In this document: piece by piece, positions 53,551-64,000 of the stretch | Layout of the letters: every line of letters begins with the position of its first letter | Position numbering within the stretch: position 1 is the first letter of the stretch | From: Chrysomallon squamiferum | Lineage: Eukaryota; Animalia; Mollusca | Assembly: GCA_012295275.1 (NCBI GenBank) | Contig: CM022668.1 | Location: forward strand, 13,206,001 to 13,270,000 | DNA: 64,000 bases | Reading direction: 5' to 3' | Position numbers and translations under genes: made by a program | Notes under the pieces: generated by a model | Databases searched by the model: none | Seen by the model: only the letters and a program-made list of their open reading frames with translations | Told to the model about the DNA's origin: nothing

Positions 53551-53587
<37 letters not shown>

Positions 53588-54886
53588 ATTATTAATTTTT
53601 TCTTTGCTTTAATTAGATATTCATTTCTTTATTAGCGGTTTTCATTATTTATTTTTAATTTAATAATTTATTTAGTTATTATCTTTATTATTTTTTAAAT
53701 ATTTGATTTGTTTAATATGTTATTTATTTTATCTATTTTTTTTATTTTTTTTTATTTTATTTTATTTTATTTATTTATTTCTTTGTTATTTATTTATTTA
53801 TTTATTGTAATTTATTTATCTATTTATTGTATTTTATTTATTTATTTATTGTAATTTATTTATTTGTTTTGTTTGTTTTATTTTGTTTTTTTTAATTTAT
53901 TATTTTAATATTTTATTTGTTATCATACTTAACTTTCTTATATTATTATTTTGGGGGGTTTGCATTGTTGAAAGTAATTTTATTTTATTTTATTTTATTT
54001 TATTTTTTTTTTATAATTTTAAATCTTAGAATTCATTTTAATTGTAGATTGGTTTCTTTGTTCATTTCTTTTTCACTACTCTTTTATTTTCATTAAAAAA
54101 TATTGATTCATTTATTTATTTAAATATTTATTTACTTTCTCTGCTGATTTATTACTCTATAAATATTTATCTTTTACAAAAAAAAAAAATTCTTTTCATA
54201 TTTATTTATATTGTTCCTTTTTTTCTTCTCCTTTTTATTGTCTGAATTCGAGTCTGCATATTTCAAGCAAATCTTTAACTGTACTTTATTTATCTGATCA
54301 TTATATATACATACATACTTACAAAAATATATATGTGTGTGTGTATGTATGTGCACATTTATACTTACACATTACTTTAAGTACCGAATGTATATGTTTA
54401 CATATCTACACACACATTTTTTCCAGTATTCAGTATAATATATATATATATATAAACATGTGATAACATATATACTTATATCAGTCAATAAAGCAAAAAC
54501 AAAAATTCCAGAAGGCAAAGCTAGCTATTGTATGTATGTCCATCTGGAGAAAAAAAAAAAAACGATTAAAGAAAAGTAAAGGGACGTGGTTGTCAGCTTT
54601 CCACAAAATCCATGACGTTATTTTAACTGTCCAGTGATTTGGTACAATCCCCAATAAATCTAAAAACCTTCATTTCAAACCGTGAGTAGGAGAGCGCGGG
54701 CCCGCGAAACACCAGGCCTCCCCTCATTGCGCCGAAATATCAACAGTCTCTTGCAGTTTGCTTCTTTCTTTGAGCTCAGCGTGGGACCACATTCATCCAT
54801 TAATGTTTCCGACCAATGTTTTCTGTTGTGCGGTATTGTAAAACTCACTGGGGAAATGTTCACTTGAATGTGTGATCCAGCTCTGG

Positions 54887-54947
<61 letters not shown>

Positions 54948-55130
54948 TAGGTATTAGATTATAAAAACAACAAATATTATTTCCTTTTTTTTCGGTCCAT
55001 CGACAATACTCGCGTTGTGCTGATAATATACCTCGGATATAGGTTCGGTACGAAAACATATGTTGGCTTCATATGAAGCTATTATTTATCCTAAACGCTC
55101 TCCTTATTAAGAGTTTAAAAAAAGAAAAAG

Positions 55131-55167
<37 letters not shown>

Positions 55168-55314
55168 AGAAGATATTTATGATGGGAATGTTCCAAAAGT
55201 AGGTCAAACCGTCGTTACGTTTTGTGACTTTGTTTAAGCAAAAGTTTTGTAAATTATTAAGAGTATGTAAAACAGAATTAACAAAATTAGTCAAATTGTA
55301 GACACATTTGTTTG

Positions 55315-55346
<32 letters not shown>

Positions 55347-55569
55347 TTTCTCTCCACACACACACACGCACACACACATGTAATACTTCGTTTTTGTTAC
55401 ACCACACATAGTTTGACTAATATGTATATATGTATTATTATGTGTGCGTGCATATCTGTGTGGGAGCGTATGCGTGTTTGTATGTATGTAGCATGCATGC
55501 CTCTGTGTGCGTGTGTGCGTATGTGCATATTTATATCTACACCTCTATGTGTCTGTTCGTAAATACAGA

Positions 55570-55608
<39 letters not shown>

Positions 55609-55860
55609 TACATACATACATACATACACACACATATATATATACATATATGTAGGGCGGTTTAACAGTGTGTGATATTTTTGTCACTGATATTATCATA
55701 ATACGAGACTCAATTTAATGACTGTGAGGTTTTATCTGTGAGACTATCATAACGTGAGATAATATTTAGCAAACTGTGAGATTTTTTCCCCACAGATTAT
55801 TGATAATTCGTAATCGAAACATCTACAGCTGTGGTTATATACAAATAAACACACAAAGTA

Positions 55861-55902
<42 letters not shown>

Positions 55903-56284
55903 CGATCAAGATTGGGGTGGAAAAAAATTATTATATCGCGTGATGTAATGTGAAAGATTAATTATATTTGTTAGAGGATTTAATGTGTTATAATAATGTT
56001 AAATTGTAAAATATTATGTTAAATATATAATTTATTTAATGTTCAGTTAAACCTTGAGTAAGAGTTGACAGAAATTAAAACCGTGAAATAAACAGATATT
56101 AGTATCTATATATTATTCTGTTTTTCTCTCTGTTTATCCATCTATATATCTATTTGATGTATATCTAATACAGTCTAAAGAAATATAATGTAATATAAAA
56201 CAAAACATAAAATAAAGAAATAATAAAAATAATAATATAATAAATATAATAAAAATATAATGAAAATGAATAAATAAAAACTAA

Positions 56285-56336
<52 letters not shown>

Positions 56337-56537
56337 TGTTATAAAACAACAATTTTAAAATAAATAAAGTATATATATATTTTATTTTAAATAACAATCA
56401 TAAAAATTAAATTCAATACTTATTTCTTCACAGTTAAATTTGGTTATGTTTATATAAAACTAGAAAATTAATATAAGATATAATAAACGATTTTGTCAGC
56501 ATATGATAAATGTATGAATGAATGAATGAATGAATGA

Positions 56538-56587
<50 letters not shown>

Positions 56588-57218
56588 AGTACTAGTAGTA
56601 GTAGTAGTTATAGTGGTAGTAGTAGTAGTAGTAATAATAATTATAATGATATAATCATTAAAAATATATACATTATTTTAAGGAATATAAGTTTAAAAAG
56701 TTAAAATAAAGTAATATTCTTAATCAAATCACAGATTGTAAAATTGAGTTAAAATAACATTAGGTAGTTTATATTTAAAATAAATAGCAAAGTAAGTAAG
56801 TAGGTAACCAACAACTAATTAACTAACTAAATAAATAAATAAATAAAGCAAAGAAATAACTTAATCCATTTAGTAACAAGTAAATAAGTAATAAAAAAAC
56901 ATATGAAACATCATTTCTTCGTTCATTTTTTTCTGTAATTCTTTAATAATTATTACATCATATAAATCATATAAAAATGTTTATTTATTTATTTATATAT
57001 TTACTTACTTACTTACTTACTTACTTATTTACGTACTTATTTATTTAAATCTATTCTTGTTAAAATATATTTTTTAAAAAATTATTTATTTAATTATTTT
57101 GTTATTTATTTATTTATTTATTTATTTACTTATTTAACTCAATTCTTATTATATCGAATAAGAAATATTTAATTATTCATTAGCAAATACAAAAATCGTT
57201 ATCTGTTGATATTTTTTT

Positions 57219-57250
<32 letters not shown>

Positions 57251-57325
57251 ATTCAAATTATAATAAAATACTTTTTAAAAGGTTTTTACTTTGTTATTTA
57301 AAATTAACCAATACATTAAAGATAA

Positions 57326-57360
<35 letters not shown>

Positions 57361-57999
57361 AACAATTATAAAAATTACTGATCACAATTTCTGTGTTTAA
57401 ACATTCAAGAAATTGTCTTTTATTTATTTATTTATTTATTTATTTATTTTTTTTGTTGTTATTGTTGTTGTTGTTGTTTTTTTTTAATTAGACCGTACAT
57501 TTATTACGAAGTATTTTAAATTTGTTAAAAATTCTTTTTAATCAAATACAGACATCAAATATTTATGAAATCAAAACACGTGTACATAAGCTGAATTAAA
57601 AACATACTAATTTAAACAACAAACATTTACCGAAATTCCTTCCTTTCCAAATTAATCGCGAAACGTTTACAAAGTTAAAACATTACACGACGTAATTAAA
57701 TTACTGTAGATTATACTTTTAGATAATATCATTTGCAATCGATACAAAGCGGCATGTTCGGTTGTTTACGTAGTCGTTCGTTTGTTTGCTGTTTATATTT
57801 CGGAACCCATTTGTTTACTAATGGCGGAAATGCTCGAACGTTTCTATGAGAATTAATTAACTAAATTACACAAAAGGGATCTATATTGCTTGCACTCAAC
57901 AACGTAATTGAAACGACGTCGCAGGCAATGTCGTTATGTATCTGATCATGTTTTATGGTTGATTTTTGTAAGTCTGAGTAATTTGTGACCTACATGGCA

Positions 58000-58054
<55 letters not shown>

Positions 58055-58719
58055 TTTTATTATTATTATTATTATTATTATTATAATTATTATATGTAAT
58101 TCGTTAATTGTTATTATCATTGTTTTATTATTATTATTATTATCATCACCATCAACTTATTATTATTATTTATTATTATTATTATTATTGTTATTATTAT
58201 CATTATTATTATTTTTACTATTATTATTACTACTATTACTGATAAATGAATTAATTCATATTTCGTAAAAGAGCATTTTAAATATTAATGATCGTTAAAT
58301 CTTATCTATTATTTTTTGTTCATTTTTATTCATTCATTCATTCATTCATTCATTTTCGGAATGTTGTGAATACATCTGATAAGCACCTACTTACAGATAT
58401 TCGTGATTATAAATACATTTTAATTAGGTAGATTAATTTGTACAGGTAACATACATTATGCTCACTTCTTTCTTACTAACACACTAACCTGCAGGATTAG
58501 ATGATTAATTAATTTAGAAATGTATATATATAATAAAATGAAAGCGAAACTTGTATTCAACAACAAAATATATGATATTATGATGTTTATGTTTACATCT
58601 CTCAATATTTACTAAATAAATAAATAAATAAATTTAAATTTTATTATATACATTAAAAAAAGGGACGAATTCTATCTTTGCCAAAAAGGAACGTAAACAA
58701 TCATACCAGACATAATTAT

Positions 58720-58763
<44 letters not shown>

Positions 58764-60647
58764 TACCTATAGATAAGTTACGAGAGACACATCTTTTTAA
58801 TTTTGTTTATAAATCATTAAAACTTAAATCGTATATCAGAGGCACACTTAAAAAAATAAATTTCTTAAAACGTTCGTCCTTGATAAAAAATTTCAAAGAT
58901 TATTTCACTTTAAAATCATTTCTTTATAAGATTTTGTTATATTTGTTTGTTTATTTATTTATTTATTTTTTTTTGTAAACATTTCTCCCTCTCTTTCTAA
59001 TCGCTGTTATGGGACTGCTGAAAAAATTTCTATTTTTTTATTTACATGTCATGTATTCTGGAAATGTTCAGGTGACAGATTGATAAACATACGTACATCT
59101 AAACCGTTATCACCTTTGATGCGGTGTTTAAGTTTGTAATAAACATAAATATAACTTTCGCGGATTTTATCTCGACTCTGAATAAACACAGAAACTAACT
59201 GATATATTTGTACGTGTGCATATATCTATGTGTGTATATGTATATGTATATATATGTGTGTGTGTGTGTTTGTGTGTGTATGTATGTATGTATGTATGTG
59301 TGTGTGTGTGTGTATGTACATAAACGCTACATAGTGTCTATAACTGTATCAAATTAATAAAACAATAAATATATATATATATAAAAAAAATGTTAACTTC
59401 TTACTATTTATATAAGTGAAAATCTTCCTAGATAGAGAACATACATGTAATAATTTCCACATTGTTTATCTAACTTCGTACGACCGTGATAAATAAACAC
59501 ATGCAAATCTTAGAACAAGTTGATCGAGTCCAGTGTAAATAAAAATATGAAATGATGTTTTCTGTTTGATATATTGTTGTTTATTTTATCTTCTTGTACA
59601 AACATTACATGCTTTAAAAAGCAGATATACTTTTCATTAAATTCAAAAATGATGTATATTCTTAGTAACGGGATTATACAAACAGTGTAAGTGATATAAA
59701 ACCAACGGGTGCATTATATATAGTCAAACGTTTTATAATAAATAAATAAATAAATAAATAACAGAATTATCCTCGTACTACTTCTGCTACTACTACAGCA
59801 AAACAACAACAACTGCAACTGCTACTACTATATTGCTGTTATCACTGCTACTACTATTGTTACTATTAAAACTGTTAGTGCTACTATTACTAATCCTACG
59901 ATTACTATGACCATTGCTGCCACTACTACTTATTCTAATACTACTACTACTGAAAATTTACAATTATCACTGCTAATACTACTGCTATTACTACTATTAC
60001 TATTACAATGTTACTACTAACACTGCTCCGACTTTTATTATTATTATTTCTATTACTATTACTATTCCTACTATCGCTACTGCTAATAAAAATAGTATTG
60101 GTTAAACCACCACTGTTACTCTCCTGTAATAATTTAATTATATTATGCTGCTACTACTACTACTGCTGCTGCTACTACTACTGCTACTACTTCAGTGACT
60201 GTAAAAACTATTGGTTAAACAACCACTATTACACCTCTTATAGCATTGACGATAATACATTTTAAAACTTGAGAAAACAAAAATAAACAGATTTATTTTT
60301 AAAAACATAAAATGGCGATCGCAAAATAAAAAGCGAAAGAAGCGAACCAGTTAATTTACATATTAGTTTACGTATATCTGTAGCGGAACACCCGTGTTGT
60401 GGTCAGCCCTAAACTGGCATTAAGTCTGTTGATATCCCGCACATAAAACGACGCATAGCAGAAGGGCGGTTAGAAAAATACCAGTCTACAATAGTACCGT
60501 CCCTTGCCGCTGAGTTCAGACTGGCACCCCGCGGTACGTTTTAAAGCGCATTCCTTTCGTAACAATGAAGCGTCACGGGGTACAAGAACCTGTTGAAAGT
60601 TTTGCGCGTTCCGTCAAACCAGATGGCTCCTAGGTGTGAGACTGGTG

Positions 60648-60688
<41 letters not shown>

Positions 60689-62928
60689 TGTGTCTGAATG
60701 AAAGCTGAGGTGTTGTCCTTCAGTGATTTAGGTTCTGGGCATTTTTATACAGCGAGTCTAAGCGGTTATTTAAGAAACAGAATAAAACAGGCATTTTTTT
60801 TTTATTATGTTCATTCGTCTGTGTGTGTATGTGTGTGTCTGTGTGTGTGAATGTTAATTTTGTTTAAACAGACATATTTATTTCAAGATAATATTTTAAT
60901 CTTTAGGCTAAGATTTTGTTGTTGTTTTTGTTTTTTTTTTATTTCTTTTTATTATAGTAGTAGTAGTAAAGGTAGCAGTACAGTAGTAACATTAGTAGTA
61001 GATTCAGAAGTAGTGGTAATATTAGTGGCACTAGAAGCAGCAGTAGCAGTAGAAATAACAATAGTAGTAGTAGTAGTAGTTGTTGTTGTTGTACAACTAG
61101 CAATAACAGTTGTAAAAGCAGTTGTATTAGTATTTGGTGTTCTTATTGTTGTAATTTAATTTTTAATCACTGAATTTTAAAAAGTGAAAAAAGAAAAAAA
61201 AAAAAAAAAAAAAAAGTAGTACAAATTAACATATTAAAAATCTGTCAGCTGCAAAGACATAATAATAACTCTTGCAAATCGGATTGTTACAAAAAAAAAA
61301 AAAAAAACCTGTCAAAAACATTGCCCAAACTGACAAAAAAAACGCGGACCGATACGATCCGTAAATTAACTCCCAATCAAAGATTAAGCCTAAAAGCCGG
61401 TATGGGGTTTTAGCGCGGTTGTTGTCTTCTGCGGTGTAATTACGACCTGTCTAACGAAGAAAAACGAACGAGCGCGAACTGTGTTCGTCGTTCCGACCTC
61501 GACCATTCAGACCGACAGGCTCCTCCGTTTTCAACTGACAGTGCGAAAACTTGATTCCATTCAAGACGACGATTTACGTCGCTTTTCCCTATTGTTAATC
61601 GGGACGGAATCGGGTTTCGGGCAAAGGAACTGTTTGGGACAACGGGTGAAAAATAAAGTCGTACGCAGCACTTCAGTTTGGTTTGTTCTTAATGAGCCGC
61701 GGTTTTTTTTTTTTTTTGGTGGGGGGGTGTTTTTAAGACAGTTTCACCTTTTTACGAATTTCCATCCCTATTATCCTTACTTAACGGGTTCTTTAGAACC
61801 CGTCCGTGTTTTATACTCTCCTTTCCCTGAGGCTGTTTTTCTTTTCTTTTCTTTACTTTTCTTTTCTTTCTTTTTTTTTTTTTTTATAAACATTGACCAC
61901 TGCTGGTCAACATGTCCACGATGCTGTCCTCTTAGAATCAAATGACAGAAATGGACCGGACCATAATAACGTCCTTCCAAAACATGAAAGAAAAACAAAC
62001 AGAGCAACTAAACAACATTAACTGTTCAAAAGGCGCGTGTTTTGAAGGCAGACGCTATCTTTTTACAGTTAATAGTAATGTGTTTATGGACGACAGACAG
62101 TCAAGTGAAATGTCAGAGTCTTTTTGGCTTAATCTTGTTCTGTTCAATCTCCGAGTTTGGATTATTTTCGTGACCGTCTGTTGTTGTGGTCTGTTTGCGC
62201 GGAGTCTGTGTGTGCGTCTCGTTTGTGCGTGATCAGTTCCTCTGTCTCTGTTTCCCTGTCTCTGTCTGCCTGTCTCTGTCCTCCTGTCTCTGTCTTTCGT
62301 CTCTTTCTCTTTATCTTTATCTGTCTCACTTTCTTTCTTTCTTTCTCTTTATCTTTATCTGTCTTTCTTTCATCTCTTTATTTCTTTCTCTCTTTTTCGC
62401 TTTGTCTCTTTTTTCTTTTTCTTTATATATTTATTTTTCTCCCTCTCTTTATTTCTCTCTATCTTTATTTTTCTGCCTCTCTTTATTTCTCTCTATCTTT
62501 ATTTTTCTTTATTTCTCTCTCTTTCATTTTTTTTTTTTCTCTCATTATTTGTTGTTTTTGTCGTTCTCTCTGAGAATGCTTCAGTGTCAGTTAAAAAACG
62601 ATTTATGTATGTATGTATAACTTTCATCTTGCACGCGCTTCTGTGCTGTGTGTCTGTCTGTGCGTGTGTGCGTGTGCGTAATATAACTGATGATAAGATA
62701 CTTATTTAAGATGGAAAAATGACTTCTACTACTGCTAATATTTTCACTATTACTAACACTACCATCACAAACACTCTCTCTATGATTATATAGAATACAT
62801 ATATATAACAAAAAGCAAAATAGTCAAACAAATTAAAAAATTAAAAATTAAAAACAAACAAGAAATGCATTGTATTATTTATTTATTCATTAATTCATTT
62901 TATTTTACTTTATTTATTATACATTTGT

Positions 62929-62963
<35 letters not shown>

Positions 62964-63335
62964 TTTGTTTGTTTGCTTGCTTGCTTATTGTTTGTTTGTT
63001 TTTTTAATATTTATATATTTTTGTTTTTTTATTATTTTTATATTTGTTTGTTTCGTTTTATTTAATTTTATAGTTTTTGTTTTTTAATTCATTTATTTAG
63101 TTTATTTGTTTATTTAATTTAATTTTCAATTTAATTTAAAATATATCTCAGTTTTATTTAATTCAATTCAGTTTAATTCAAATTTAAATTCATTTTAATT
63201 TAATTTAATTTAATTTAATTCAATTTAATTTAATTCAATTCTATTTAATTCAGTTTAATTTAATTTAATTTGATTATTAATTTAATTTAATTCAGTTTAT
63301 TTATTTATTTAAATTTATTTATTTACTTACTTCAG

Positions 63336-63421
63336 GTACTGTCAGCAGGTGTAGCAAGGAAGGAGAACCAGTCAAAATTCCTGGTATTACTGATGACCCG
63401 TGCATTTCGTGTGTTTGCAAG
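63336..63421 (+). CDS. BMPER: BMPER / crossveinless-2 coding exon 2 (start of first VWC domain); gene continues beyond the window
   Basis: cttcag|GTVSRCSKEGEPVKIPGITDDPCISCVCK|gtaagt aligns without gaps to human BMPER [29 protein letters not shown] as recalled. Confidence 0.9.
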
Positions 63422-63484
63422 GTAAGTCAGTTTATATACTATACGTCAACACAAAGTTCTCATAGCAATATGTACATATACACA

Positions 63485-63594
<110 letters not shown>

Positions 63595-64000
63595 TGCTAG
63601 TGGAGGGATGAGAAACAAGAGGAGGGATATTAACAAAAATAGCTATGGAAATACACGATTAAATTACGCACATTAAAAACACATAAAATTATATTCTATT
63701 TTTTACATTAATATAACCAAGTAAATCACTTCTTTACATTTCATGTATTTTTCAAAAATATTGTTACTTTAATACTGCCCAAAAATATCTTCTATTTACT
63801 TTTTTTTACAAATGTATTAAAGATTAACTTTTTGTCAGAATTTAATATATTAAAGATTTACTTCTTGTCAGATATATTAACCTATCACGTAGTGAAACGA
63901 ACATGAGCCACGCCTTTAACTTTATTTTTTTTAACAGAAATAAAATTGTAAAATATTGATACACTTACTTCACAAAACATTTTTTTCTTTCTTTCCCCCC

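Noticed and set aside
53192-53635. 147-aa ORF as a single-exon membrane protein
   Set aside because: Only 53378-53492 is supported, as BMPER exon 1; the flanks are UTR and low-complexity intron read-through

Overview
Very AT-rich, microsatellite-dense animal genomic DNA with GT-AG introns; an invertebrate, plausibly a mollusc or other lophotrochozoan, though taxon is only an inference. Two plus-strand genes can be reconstructed by hand. (1) A full BBS9/PTHB1 (BBSome subunit) orthologue: 23 coding exons from 2866 to 21032, about 933 aa, with an apparent 2-nt frameshift in coding exon 9. (2) The first two coding exons of BMPER/crossveinless-2 (53378-53492, 63336-63421), which runs off the window. 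The order BBS9 then BMPER on the same strand is the human 7p14 arrangement, suggesting ancient microsynteny, possibly a genomic regulatory block. Between and within the genes are CpG-rich islands carrying K50-homeodomain, RFX X-box, NF-Y, YY1 and recurrent TTATCG motifs. Several BBS9 introns contain tandem repeats copied from the gene's own splice sites. A candidate alternative terminal exon with a 3' UTR of about 4 kb ends near 30.9 kb, where CpG content rises sharply. A possible divergent gene starts near 733 on the minus strand. Nearly all other ORF-track entries are microsatellite artefacts. All homology calls come from recalled protein sequences, not database searches.
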